A DNA stretch of 64,000 nucleotides, taken from the NCBI GenBank assembly GCA_016234115.1, contig JACRHD010000067.1:13875-77874 (forward strand), written 5' to 3'. Positions 9,272 through 18,234 of this stretch are shown piece after piece; the stretch's first letter is position 1; each line of letters begins with the position of its first letter. Source of the stretch: Nitrospirota bacterium (lineage in GTDB: Bacteria > Nitrospirota > Thermodesulfovibrionia > UBA6902). The notes under the pieces are model-generated. The model was given only the letters and a program-made list of their open reading frames with translations, did not search any database and was not told the origin of the DNA. The position numbers and the translations under genes were made by a program.

Positions 9272-9751
9272 TCATTTTGCTTTCATCATTCTTTTTATTT
9301 TCCTGATGTGGGAATTCTCTTCGGCGACCAGTTGCTTCAGGGACATTTCACTCTCGTTCGACATTAAATCGGCAATTATCTTATTCGTATAAATTTCCAC
9401 CATCGACTCCTCGAGATTCAATACCATTTTAAGGGCCTTACTCATGGAAAAAGACGGTCCTTTGGCCTTGTCCGCTATGGCGTCAGCCAACGTTTGGGTA
9501 CTGTCGATGGTTGATGCCGGCGGCAGCGGCCCTCTTTTTTGAAGGTCCTCTACCAGCCCCAGAGATTTGACGTCTCTTAAAAAGGCCAGATGCTTTACCT
9601 CGTCATCAAAAAGACTCTTCCAGAAATCCCTGTGTTCAGGGAACAGTTGCGATAATTTTTTATAAATGGCGGCGGCGGTCTTCTCAACTTTAATACAACC
9701 TTTGATGACTGAATCGTTTTGCATAAATGAAGCCCCCTTTATTCCTTTCAT
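9272..9751 (-). CDS. Hypothetical protein
   Basis: 159-aa ORF with good coding continuity; no confident family assignment. Confidence 0.4.
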   Translation of the reverse strand: MKGIKGASFMQNDSVIKGCIKVEKTAAAIYKKLSQLFPEHRDFWKSLFDDEVKHLAFLRDVKSLGLVEDLQKRGPLPPASTIDSTQTLADAIADKAKGPSFSMSKALKMVLNLEESMVEIYTNKIIADLMSNESEMSLKQLVAEENSHIRKIKRMMKAK

Positions 9752-9823
9752 ATCCGGCTACATTGAAGAGTATATCATAATGACGTCTCCGATGGAGACC
9801 GAAAAAACAGCAGTGCCTTTATA

Positions 9824-10196
9824 TGATATCTTACTATTGTGAGACTGCCGAAAGATTTCAAAGAGGCAAAGGAAATACAGCTCCGTCTGAAACGGAAAAT
9901 AAGGATTGTCCCCCTTGAGAAAAGGCCCCAATTCATTGCCGGGGTCGACGCCTCATTTCAGGATGATAATATTATCGCGGCGGCATGCCTGTAAATACGA
10001 AAACAGGACAGTCGGAGCGGTTTTGAGGACAAGGGACAATGTCAGGCCCGTCTTTGTCTCACCGGGTCATCTGATAACACTGAGAGAGGCGATTTATTAT
10101 ACGATCAGGTGCACGGGCAAATTCAGGATCCCCGAACCATTAAGAAGGGCAGATCAGCTCTCAAAGAGGGTCAAGAAGAAGCTCAGTGACAAGTGA
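9824..10196 (+). pseudogene. nfi: Endonuclease V (nfi) remnant: N-terminal and C-terminal segments in different frames, central catalytic region missing
   Basis: Frame 2: 'MISYYWRLPKDFKEAKEIQLRLKRKIRIVPLEKRPQFIAGVDASFQDDNIIAAACL*' matches the EndoV N-terminus (AGVDVSF motif). Frame 0 resumes 'GAVLRTRDNVRPVFVSPGHLITLREAIYYTIRCTGKFRIPEPLRRADQLSK', matching the EndoV C-terminus (YVSVGH...YRLPEPxRxAD); about 100 aa between are absent. Confidence 0.75.
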
Positions 10197-10258
10197 CGAG
10201 TTACAAGTGACCGGTAATTCAGGAAGTGTCTCGTTACTTGTTACCCGTTACCCGTCAC
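10186..10258. repeat. GTNAC-heptad palindromic element, copy B
   Basis: GTGAC-aa-GTGAC-ga-GTTAC-aa-GTGAC, spacer, GTTAC-tt-GTTAC-cc-GTTAC-cc-GTCAC; sits between convergent gene ends and contains the stop codon of the nfi remnant. Confidence 0.7.
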
Positions 10259-10262
10259 TTTC

Positions 10263-10667
10263 TTATCTGTTTCTCACAACGCACTCATATGAAAGGCTCA
10301 ACTGTCTCATGTCCTGATTTTCCCACATCATGCAGAAGGTCTCCTCATCAGGCACATCAATGCGGCTCTTCTCCGGGTCGAAGGTACCGTCATATTCAGT
10401 GATTTCATTTTTTGAGACCGGGTATTGAACGTCGCCCTTCGAGTGATAATGGATATTGAAATCCACAGGTTTAGAAGAGATGAACTTATAAACCATTACC
10501 TGCCCCTTTTTCAGGACAACACACTCTTCGTGAGAGCCGGCGGGCGCAAGGGCGAGCCTGTTTTTTATTGCATTCGCCTGCTCACCTTTCATCCCCTGGT
10601 TTGCCGCGCATCCGCTCAAGAGAAACACAATTGAGAATAGTAATAAACACGCCCGCTTCATAGTCAT
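10263..10667 (-). CDS. Hypothetical lipoprotein
   Basis: Signal peptide with lipobox 'LLSGC'; 134 aa. Confidence 0.55.
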   Translation of the reverse strand: MTMKRACLLLFSIVFLLSGCAANQGMKGEQANAIKNRLALAPAGSHEECVVLKKGQVMVYKFISSKPVDFNIHYHSKGDVQYPVSKNEITEYDGTFDPEKSRIDVPDEETFCMMWENQDMRQLSLSYECVVRNR

Positions 10668-10848
10668 AAATATACCATCCTTTCATTTAATTGCATAGTA
10701 GACCCCGTTTGCAGGGCGACCCTTCCTGGTTGCTGAAAGCAAGGCAGAAGCCTCGTCCTGCACATACCTCCCCGCCGCTGTTGACAGGGCATCGATGACA
10801 TGGTAATTATGAATCATAACCCGACGCAAAAGGGAAACGGACATACCC

Positions 10849-11160
10849 ATGGGGATCCGCAGATTCGACAGAATTCCGGTCCTGATAAATGTAACTCTCA
10901 CCTTCGGCAGCGGTGTTCATGCCGGGACTGTGACAAACCTTTCCGAGAAAGGCATGTACATCAGGACGGACAGGATACCCTCTGTTGCGGATTCGGCAGT
11001 GGAAGTGCTGATACCCCTGAATGAAGAAAAGATACGCCTTTCCTGCAGGCTCATAAGAAAAGAACTTATTCGTGAATATTATAATGGCATGGCAGTTGAG
11101 GTAGTGAATCCTCCCGACAGCTATCTGGATTTCCTTGATAACCTCTTAGCCGTCCTGTGA
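10849..11160 (+). CDS. PilZ domain protein (c-di-GMP binding)
   Basis: 'RRFDRIPV' (RxxxR) and 'TNLSEKGMYIRT' (D/NxSxxG) PilZ signature motifs; 103 aa; plausible sigma70 promoter TTGACA-17-TAATTA upstream. Confidence 0.7.
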   Translation: MGIRRFDRIPVLINVTLTFGSGVHAGTVTNLSEKGMYIRTDRIPSVADSAVEVLIPLNEEKIRLSCRLIRKELIREYYNGMAVEVVNPPDSYLDFLDNLLAVL

Positions 11161-11165
11161 AAAGA

Positions 11166-11241
11166 AGTGACAAGTAACCGGTAACAAGTAACTGTCAATT
11201 ATTATAAATTTACCAGTCACTTGTCACTCGTTACTTGTCAC
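11166..11241. repeat. GTNAC-heptad palindromic element, copy C
   Basis: GTGAC-aa-GTAAC-cg-GTAAC-aa-GTAAC, AT-rich spacer, GTCAC-tt-GTCAC-tc-GTTAC-tt-GTCAC; abuts the stop codons of the convergent PilZ and PBP genes. Confidence 0.7.
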
Positions 11242-14200
11242 TAAGTGTTTTCCGCCCTTTCAATTAAAGGCATCAGCTTCGGGGCCAGGTTTTTTAACAC
11301 CTGTACCGGCAGCATGCTCGTGAAATCATAGGCATCGGCTTCACGGCCTGCCGCGTACGCGGTTATTGTGCCGAAGAATCTGTCGCCGATGAAAAAAACA
11401 AAAACCGCGGTCCTGTTTATGGCCTCAGACCTTATCAGCCGCCCTCCCGGTCCGTAAATATCATGACGGTTATCGCCTGTGCCGGTCTTGCCCCCGGCAA
11501 CGACCGTGGACCCGTCAACCCTCCGGAATGCCTTGTCCAGGCGCTTCGCGGTCCCTTTTTCCACAACGCCGACCAACGCGTCTTTGACTGCAGCCGCAAC
11601 TTCAGCGGGCAGCACCCGTTCCCCTTTTTCAATTTCACGCCTCAGGTTTGTCTCATACGGCGTGTCCTTGGCGAAATGAACGCTCTCGATGCGATGCGCG
11701 GGATATTTCATGCCTCCGTTGACGATTATCCCCATCAGCTCCGACAGGGCGGCAGGGCGGTCCGCCGAGCTGCCGATTGCGGTGGCGTATGAAGGGACGA
11801 GGGAGCCGAAGGGGTATCCCAACTGCTGCCACGCCTGGTGTATCGAGGAAAAGGCCTCGACTTCGATGAGCGTACGGATCCTGCTGTCCTGCGCATTCTT
11901 CCAGTGCGACTTAAACAGCCACGAGTAAACCTCCTGGCGCTGGTCCGCGCTCGCCTCAATTATTTCACTGAGCCCGGCCTCCGGATGAGCGCGCATATAT
12001 GCAATAGTCCACAGTTCGAGAGGATGGACCCTGGCGATATACCCTCTGTCGCCTAACGAATAATTCTCGATTGCATAATTATCGTAAAGATTCCTGAGCG
12101 CTTCATCGGAAAAAGTCGCGTTTACCAAATGGGCCCTCATGAAGGACGAAAACTCTCTTACATCGGCCTCGGGCCTGATCGAACGGTAGATCACCGCAAA
12201 GCGGGCCGGGACAAGATGGACATTCTGAAGAAGGACCTCCAGCGCCTCTTCGAAACTCTTGCCCTGGTATTTCCCGTAAAAGCGGGTAAGGAACAGCCTG
12301 CCCTCGCGATCGGCAAAACGCTCCAGATAAAACTGTCTGCGAGTGTTGTTGACGTCCTCCAATATCTCGGCGATGCCCGGCCGTTGAAAAGTATAGTAAT
12401 TAACGATGTCCCGCATCATCCGGATGAAGACGAGGTTTACAGAATTATGCAGGGCCTCCCGCACGGTGAGGATGCTTCTGTTGTGTTTGTTATCGTAGTT
12501 TGCAAAGACATGCAAACCGCCGCCTGTAAAAAACCGCTCGCCCGGACTCGCTGAATATCGCCTTTCCATGGCCGCTTCAAGCATGGCCTTAAGGCCTCTG
12601 TCAGGGGAATGCAGCAGGTAATCCACAGCCCATTCGCTGAGGTGGTCGGATTTTGCGACCGGCAATGCGCGCAACTGCTCCGCGGGAAAGTCCGCATACC
12701 GGCCGTGCAGGGAGGCGACGATCTCGAGATACGTAATCAGTGTGCGCAGCTTGGCAGAGGAGCCTAATTCAAGCTTTACGCCTTCATTGATATTTAAAGG
12801 CTGGTCGAAGTTGTCGGTCTGTATCCTTAGAAGATTTGCGCCCGGAGTGGCCTCATAGAGCGTAAAGCTGTATACGACGCGGGACGGGTCGCCCTTTGCC
12901 AAAAGGTGTGCGCCTGTCAAACCGGCTTCTTTGGCGGACGCCGGGTCCTGCAACCGGCTGAGGGTTGCGGTGACTTCTTCCTGCGTGCCTCCGTCAAGCG
13001 TGCTCTTTACGCTGAGATCGAGAAGGTCCAGTTCATAAAGCTGAGGGATCTCAAGGAGCGAAAGCAGCCTGGGGCGAATGGCGTTTGCGGCCTTCCGCTG
13101 CACAAAAGAGACCTTCCGTTTCGCGGGGACGTTCATGCGCACGTCCAGCGAGGCATGTAACGCTGCGTCCCTTAACATTGGCGTTATAATGCCGCCTTCC
13201 GCAAGCAGCTTTACGTAGTCGCCGGTCTTTGCTTCAAGCGCGTCTGTATTTTCAAGGAGATAAAACGAGGGCCGCCGCTGGGCGAGAAAGAGGCTCAGCG
13301 CCTGTCTGAATGTGCGTCCCCACGTTTCGATGTCCCGACATGCTTCTGAGTAGTCGTCTCCGGAGAGGCACTTATTTACGAAATCAAAATCCGCCCCGTA
13401 CCACGCATACATGCCGTCGCCGAAACCGTGGACCTGACCGTAACCCGGCACAGCTCCCAGGGGGACGGAATTGATATAGTCTGTTACCACACGGCGTCTG
13501 CCTTCAAGGGTCTCCGCGCCGCCGGAGTAAGTCCGCAAAGAAGCCGACATCATTTGCCGGAATTTTTCCTGGGACGAGCCGGTAATTCCTCCCGGAGAAT
13601 GACGATACTTTTCCATCTGGGTCGCCAGCGTGCTCCCGCCGGGCACCCTTTCATCCCTGTCGACCAGGTGCTGCCCCTTAAGGAGGACCGCCTTTGTAAG
13701 CCTGTCCCATTCCACGGCCGGGTTGAGATACGGAAGACGCGGATTCAGCAGTTCCCGGTTTTCTATATAAAGAAGGCTTTTGACAATAACGCCGGGGACC
13801 TGATCAAAATTGCCGTAAACCCGCTCCGGATATGAAGCGGAAAATACCTCCCTGTCATCCCGGTCCAGTACCTTGAGACCCGTGCTCGCTTTCTCACGAT
13901 AAATGGCGTTGAAGCCCTGCTCCGAGGTCTTGAGCAGGCGCGGAGAAAAGCGCGCCTGCGATTCGATCACATACCCTTTCTCAGTCAGCCTGCCGATAAA
14001 AGCCGGAAGGGAGACATAGCCCGCGCGCTCATCGTAAGGCCCGTCCTTGGGGAAGCGGATAGAGGGGCTTGCCCCCGGCTCCGTATGGAAACTCAGGTCC
14101 TTCGCCACCCTGCTCAGGTAATGGGCCTGAAACCATGAGGTCCGCATTTCATAAAGGCCCAGGACCGCGAGCACAGACGCGATCAGCAGGATACACGCCA

Positions 14201-14297
14201 AAATAAGGCTTCCGCGTCTCAGGTATGTCAGCAACCTGCCTTTTGAAGACAGAAACATCGACTTTATCTTTTCTCCGGGGACCAGCAGCTTATCCAT
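11241..14297 (-). CDS. Large penicillin-binding-protein-type peptidoglycan glycosyltransferase (GT51) with C-terminal transpeptidase-like region (PBP1C-like)
   Basis: N-terminal TM anchor, GT51 motifs 'YIENRELL' and 'GGSTLATQ', C-terminal 'KTGTGDN' (KTG motif); 1018 aa. Confidence 0.7.
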   Translation of the reverse strand: MDKLLVPGEKIKSMFLSSKGRLLTYLRRGSLILACILLIASVLAVLGLYEMRTSWFQAHYLSRVAKDLSFHTEPGASPSIRFPKDGPYDERAGYVSLPAFIGRLTEKGYVIESQARFSPRLLKTSEQGFNAIYREKASTGLKVLDRDDREVFSASYPERVYGNFDQVPGVIVKSLLYIENRELLNPRLPYLNPAVEWDRLTKAVLLKGQHLVDRDERVPGGSTLATQMEKYRHSPGGITGSSQEKFRQMMSASLRTYSGGAETLEGRRRVVTDYINSVPLGAVPGYGQVHGFGDGMYAWYGADFDFVNKCLSGDDYSEACRDIETWGRTFRQALSLFLAQRRPSFYLLENTDALEAKTGDYVKLLAEGGIITPMLRDAALHASLDVRMNVPAKRKVSFVQRKAANAIRPRLLSLLEIPQLYELDLLDLSVKSTLDGGTQEEVTATLSRLQDPASAKEAGLTGAHLLAKGDPSRVVYSFTLYEATPGANLLRIQTDNFDQPLNINEGVKLELGSSAKLRTLITYLEIVASLHGRYADFPAEQLRALPVAKSDHLSEWAVDYLLHSPDRGLKAMLEAAMERRYSASPGERFFTGGGLHVFANYDNKHNRSILTVREALHNSVNLVFIRMMRDIVNYYTFQRPGIAEILEDVNNTRRQFYLERFADREGRLFLTRFYGKYQGKSFEEALEVLLQNVHLVPARFAVIYRSIRPEADVREFSSFMRAHLVNATFSDEALRNLYDNYAIENYSLGDRGYIARVHPLELWTIAYMRAHPEAGLSEIIEASADQRQEVYSWLFKSHWKNAQDSRIRTLIEVEAFSSIHQAWQQLGYPFGSLVPSYATAIGSSADRPAALSELMGIIVNGGMKYPAHRIESVHFAKDTPYETNLRREIEKGERVLPAEVAAAVKDALVGVVEKGTAKRLDKAFRRVDGSTVVAGGKTGTGDNRHDIYGPGGRLIRSEAINRTAVFVFFIGDRFFGTITAYAAGREADAYDFTSMLPVQVLKNLAPKLMPLIERAENT

Positions 14298-14375
14298 TTA
14301 AACAAGTAAAAAGGTTCCCCTTTGCAATCCATACCAAAAAGAGGAACCTCATGATTAAACCTACACAAAATACGT

Positions 14376-15053
14376 CTATCGAGTCAAGTGGCATCTTTCC
14401 CTGACAAGCCTGACCGTCTCCGTATAATCCTTTGAGTTATAAAACGCGCTTCCCATGACCACGATATCCGCCCCTGCCCCGTAGACCCCGGCCACATTAT
14501 CGACAGTCACGCCGCCGTCGACTTCTATTTCGACCTTATGTCCGTTGGCCTCAATCAATGCCTTCAACTGCCTTATCTTCGGCAACACTTCGGGAATAAA
14601 CTTTTGTCCGCCGAAGCCGGGGTTCACCGACATTATCAGCGCCATATCTACAAACGGAAGAATAAATTCTATACTGCCGAGCGGCGTTGCCGGGTTGATG
14701 CTCACTCCCGCCCTGACGCCGCATTCCCTGATATTCTGAATGCTCCTGTGCAGATGCACGCAGGCCTCGGCGTGGACGGTGATGATGTCGGCCCCGCTGT
14801 CGGCGAAATCCCTTATATACCTGTCAGGCTCCTCGATCATGAGATGAACATCGAGGGGTATGGAGGACGTCTTCTTTACCGCTTTAACGACAAGCGGCCC
14901 GATGGTAATATTCGGAACAAAGTGACCGTCCATCACGTCCACATGGACAAGGTCGGCCCCCGCCTTCCCGGCCGCCCTTATCTCTTCACCAAGCCTTGAA
15001 AAGTCCGCCGACAGAATAGACGGCGCTATTTTGATCATGGGTTCCCTCCGCAA
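14376..15053 (-). CDS. rpe: Ribulose-phosphate 3-epimerase
   Basis: 'IAPSILSADFSRLGEEI...LVHVDVMDGHFVPNITIGP' canonical Rpe N-terminus; 225 aa. Confidence 0.9.
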   Translation of the reverse strand: MRREPMIKIAPSILSADFSRLGEEIRAAGKAGADLVHVDVMDGHFVPNITIGPLVVKAVKKTSSIPLDVHLMIEEPDRYIRDFADSGADIITVHAEACVHLHRSIQNIRECGVRAGVSINPATPLGSIEFILPFVDMALIMSVNPGFGGQKFIPEVLPKIRQLKALIEANGHKVEIEVDGGVTVDNVAGVYGAGADIVVMGSAFYNSKDYTETVRLVRERCHLTR

Positions 15054-15086
15054 TTTTGATCTTTGATCTTTGATTTTTTAATTTTT

Positions 15087-15659
15087 CTAAAACCACGTCC
15101 TAACGCTGCCGAGGGTGACTTCGACCGCATCGCCCTTGCGAATGATCTCCCCCTCTTCCGGCGACTGGGACGCCACCCTGGTCCCTTCGCCCTGCTCATT
15201 CAGCATTATCCCGAGTTTTTCCGATAATGCGCGGGCCTCCTCTATCGCCATATTAACAAATGAGGGACATCTGTACATTACATCATATGCGCCGAGGCTT
15301 ACAAGAAAATTTATCTCTTTGCCGTGGACGCTCCCCGGCAGCGGCCTCTGCGCGATTATCTTCCCTTTTTCGACGGTGTCGGAGTGCGACCATGTGACCT
15401 TCCCTAATCTGATATCGAGATTGGCCAGCGTCAGTTTCACGTCCTCAAGGAGCTGGTCTTCAAACGAGGGCATGGTTATCCCGGGCAGCTCTTCTGCCGG
15501 CACAGCGGAAGGCATCTCCTTTACGCCCTCGCCGACAAGAGACAGCGTCTCTCCGGCATTTCCGGTATCACGCGCCTTAAAATAAAGATATGCCGCCCCC
15601 GCCCCGATGCCTGCGAAGACTAAAACAAATACGGTATATTTCAATATGGTCCTTACCAT
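15087..15659 (-). CDS. PASTA domain-containing membrane-anchored protein
   Basis: N-terminal TM helix then PASTA-like modules ('VKLTLANLDIRLGKVTW...GKIIAQRP' , 'GEIIRKGDAVEVTLG'). Confidence 0.6.
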   Translation of the reverse strand: MVRTILKYTVFVLVFAGIGAGAAYLYFKARDTGNAGETLSLVGEGVKEMPSAVPAEELPGITMPSFEDQLLEDVKLTLANLDIRLGKVTWSHSDTVEKGKIIAQRPLPGSVHGKEINFLVSLGAYDVMYRCPSFVNMAIEEARALSEKLGIMLNEQGEGTRVASQSPEEGEIIRKGDAVEVTLGSVRTWF

Positions 15660-15692
15660 AGCTTAATGGCAGGGGCAATTCATGAATTGCCC

Positions 15693-16637
15693 CTACGTCC
15701 GGATTGTAAACCTCATTCCCTCTTTTAATTTTCTGCCCTGTAAAAACGCAGCGGCACTCATTACGGACTTCCCCGCCGGCTGAAGTTCGGTTACGGACAG
15801 CAGGCCTTGCCCGGTCCCCACAAAGATTTCGTCCTTTGAAACTTTACATATCAGGCCGGCTTCTCCGCTGCCTTCAACGGCGGAGGCCTTCAGGATTTTA
15901 ACCCTTTCACCTTCAAGAAAACCATACGCGCCGGGCCAGGGGTCCATGCCCCTTATAAAATTGCACAATTCTCCTGCCTTACGGGTCCATACAATAAAGC
16001 CGTCGGTCTTTCTCAAAAGGGGTGCATATGTAGCCTCTCCCGTCTGCGGGACAGGCCTGACAGAACCATTCTCTATGCCTTCCAACGTTTTCATTAAAAG
16101 GGCGGCGCCGGCTTCAGAAAGCCTTCCGGAAAGCGTGCCCGCTGTATCGTCAGGGGTTATTTCCGTCTCCTCCTGAAGCAGGATCGCGCCTGTATCCATT
16201 CCCTCATCCATGAGCATCGTGGTGATCCCGGTCTTCTTCCCGCCGTTGATGATGGCCCAGTTGATGGGCGCCGCTCCCCGGTATTCAGGAAGGAGGGAGG
16301 CGTGAATATTGATGCATCCGTACTTCGGCAATCGTATTATCGCAGAGGGCAGTATCTGCCCGTATGCTGCAACAACTATAGCATCAGGAGAAATTTTTTC
16401 AAGCCCTTCAAGGAAATTTACATCCCTGACTTTCACCGGCTGAAACACCTTCAGTCCTGCTTTTTCCGCCTCGATCTTCACGGGTGAGGACGTAACATGT
16501 CTGCCCCGTCCCCTTTGCCTGTCCGGTTGAGTAACGACCGCAAGGACCCTGTGCTTTGAACTCATCAGCGCCCTGAGAGGAGGCACAGCAAACTCAGGTG
16601 TGCCGAAAAATACGATATTCAAATTCTCCCCTGTCAA
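15693..16637 (-). CDS. fmt: Methionyl-tRNA formyltransferase
   Basis: 'IVFFGTPEFAVPPLRAL...VTQPDRQRGRG' formyltransferase N-domain; conserved def-fmt gene order. Confidence 0.9.
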   Translation of the reverse strand: MTGENLNIVFFGTPEFAVPPLRALMSSKHRVLAVVTQPDRQRGRGRHVTSSPVKIEAEKAGLKVFQPVKVRDVNFLEGLEKISPDAIVVAAYGQILPSAIIRLPKYGCINIHASLLPEYRGAAPINWAIINGGKKTGITTMLMDEGMDTGAILLQEETEITPDDTAGTLSGRLSEAGAALLMKTLEGIENGSVRPVPQTGEATYAPLLRKTDGFIVWTRKAGELCNFIRGMDPWPGAYGFLEGERVKILKASAVEGSGEAGLICKVSKDEIFVGTGQGLLSVTELQPAGKSVMSAAAFLQGRKLKEGMRFTIRT

Positions 16638-16648
16638 ACAATACCGAG

Positions 16649-16718
16649 CAGCAAGTAGTTAGTAGTTAAGGGCAAAAGATTAGAAAAACTATCCCTTAAC
16701 TACTAACTACTTGCTGCT
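16649..16718. other. Perfect 25-bp-stem hairpin (gcagcaagtagttagtagttaaggg / cccttaactactaactacttgctgc, 20-nt loop) in the def-fmt intergenic region
   Basis: Exact inverted repeat; stem contains tandem AGTAGTT heptamers. Confidence 0.8.
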
Positions 16719-16723
16719 ATCTA

Positions 16724-17224
16724 CTATTCTATCGTCCTTGAGTAGCGTTTTTTGAAAAATTCCCTCTTGATCCGCCCCATCCTGTCAACAAACAGGATAC
16801 CGTTGAGATGGTCGATTTCATGCTGAAGCGCCCTTGCAAGAAGTCCCTCCGCCTCGATTTCAACAGGCCCGCCCTCCCTATCATATCCTTTTACCAATAC
16901 CTTCATCGCCCTCTTCAGCACCGTAGTATAATCAGGTATGCTCAGGCAGCCCTCCTCTGATTCAATTTCCCCTTCAAGGTGGACTATCTCCGGGTTCACG
17001 AGGACGATCAACCTGCTCTTTTCATCCCGAATCCCTACGTCGATGACAGCAAGCTGTTGTGAAATGCCGACCTGGTTTGCGGCAAGGCCTACGCCCGGCG
17101 CGGCATACATAGTTTCAATCATGTCGTCGATGAGTTTTTGCAGGCCGCCGTCGATGTTTCCGACGGGAACGGTCTTGTCTCTCAGTACCTTATCAGGGTA
17201 TTTTACAATCGAAAGCACGGACAT
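16724..17224 (-). CDS. def: Peptide deformylase
   Basis: 'GVGLAANQVG', 'EGCLSIP', 'QHEIDHLNG' metal-binding motifs. Confidence 0.92.
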   Translation of the reverse strand: MSVLSIVKYPDKVLRDKTVPVGNIDGGLQKLIDDMIETMYAAPGVGLAANQVGISQQLAVIDVGIRDEKSRLIVLVNPEIVHLEGEIESEEGCLSIPDYTTVLKRAMKVLVKGYDREGGPVEIEAEGLLARALQHEIDHLNGILFVDRMGRIKREFFKKRYSRTIE

Positions 17225-17325
17225 AGATTAATGTAATAAATTTATGTGGAAATAACAAGGACAACGGTTTTGTGGTAATATTCAACAGTTAACAAGGAGT
17301 TCACAAGTAAAGACGCATAAATCGG

Positions 17326-17406
17326 CGTCATGCCCGAAGTTCGTAATCGGGCATCCAGTTCTTGTAATTATCCCTGAATTCCCGCTTACCGACTGAGGGA
17401 ATGACG
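17326..17406. repeat. MITE-like interspersed repeat, copy 1 (TIR cgtcatgccc ... gggaatgacg, internal hairpin atgcccgaag/atcgggcat)
   Basis: Shares ends and internal palindromes with copies at 19159-19234 and 20714-20811; lies in the def/trmJ divergent intergenic region. Confidence 0.7.
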
Positions 17407-17470
17407 AGCTACGAACCTTACTCATGAACCCTGAGAACTGTAAAAAACGGCAGGCAACAGCTTTCTTCTC

Positions 17471-18211
17471 ATGACAACATGGAAAGACAACATCCACTTC
17501 GTCCTCGTGGAGCCGAAAGAGCCCGGCAACATCGGCGCGGCGGCGCGGGCGATAAAGAACATGGGTTTCAAAAACCTCTCCCTCGTGAACCCTCCTCCCC
17601 ATACGACCGGCGAGGCCCGGTGGTTCGCCCGCAATGCCCATGATGTCCTGGAATCTGCGGAAATATTTTCCTCGATCAAAGACGCGATCGCCGACAAATC
17701 GGTGATAGTAGGCGCTTCACGCAGAACGGGGAGAAGACGGGGAATATTTGTCCATGCCGAACAGGGCGCCCTGAAATTATTCGAAATAGCCTCAGCAAAT
17801 AAAGTCGCTGTTCTCTTCGGGAGGGAAGACAGGGGTCTGTATAACGAAGAGATCGGGGAATGCGGCTTCCTTATGACTATACCGGCGGACAGGAAGCAGC
17901 CGTCTCTCAACCTTGCCCATGCGGTACTGATAATAGCCTATGAGCTTTCAAAGGCTGAGCACGCCACGGGAGTCACTCCTTTCCCGGGACTTGTCGGCCA
18001 TAAAGAGCTTTCGCCCCTGTTTGAAAGAATCGAAGAGACATTGACAGGGCTTGGATATATCAGGCAAAGCGACGGAGATCTTCGCAAGAAGATAATTCAG
18101 AACCTCAAACACTTTATAGGCCGCGCGGGACTGACTGAATGGGAATTGAAGATGTTTCAGGGGATATGCAGCCGCATTGAGAAGAAGTTATCTTCCCCGA
18201 ATAATTCATAG
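17471..18211 (+). CDS. trmJ: SPOUT-class tRNA (cytidine/uridine-2'-O-)-methyltransferase (TrmJ/LasT-like)
   Basis: 'IHFVLVEPKEPGNIGAAARAIKNMGF' SpoU N-terminus; 246 aa. Confidence 0.75.
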   Translation: MTTWKDNIHFVLVEPKEPGNIGAAARAIKNMGFKNLSLVNPPPHTTGEARWFARNAHDVLESAEIFSSIKDAIADKSVIVGASRRTGRRRGIFVHAEQGALKLFEIASANKVAVLFGREDRGLYNEEIGECGFLMTIPADRKQPSLNLAHAVLIIAYELSKAEHATGVTPFPGLVGHKELSPLFERIEETLTGLGYIRQSDGDLRKKIIQNLKHFIGRAGLTEWELKMFQGICSRIEKKLSSPNNS

Positions 18212-18234
18212 CAAACGTTGTTCCGATGTTATTG

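Noticed and set aside
5262-11241. Possibility that the GTNAC repeat copies are a CRISPR array
   Set aside because: Copies are about 5 kb apart and separated by ordinary genes, not by regular 30-40 bp spacers; each copy is itself an internal palindrome rather than a repeat-spacer unit.
15054-15074. Tandem (C/T)TTTGAT x3 between rpe and the PASTA gene
   Set aside because: Only three units of a simple AT-rich heptamer in a 33-bp spacer; too short to call a functional repeat, though noted alongside the other 7-bp-periodic motifs.
17282-17910. ORFs 17282-17641(-) and 17422-17910(-) spanning the def/trmJ spacer and trmJ 5' region
   Set aside because: They run through the MITE-like repeat and antisense to trmJ (clear SpoU motifs); Arg/Pro-rich translations typical of GC-rich antisense frames.
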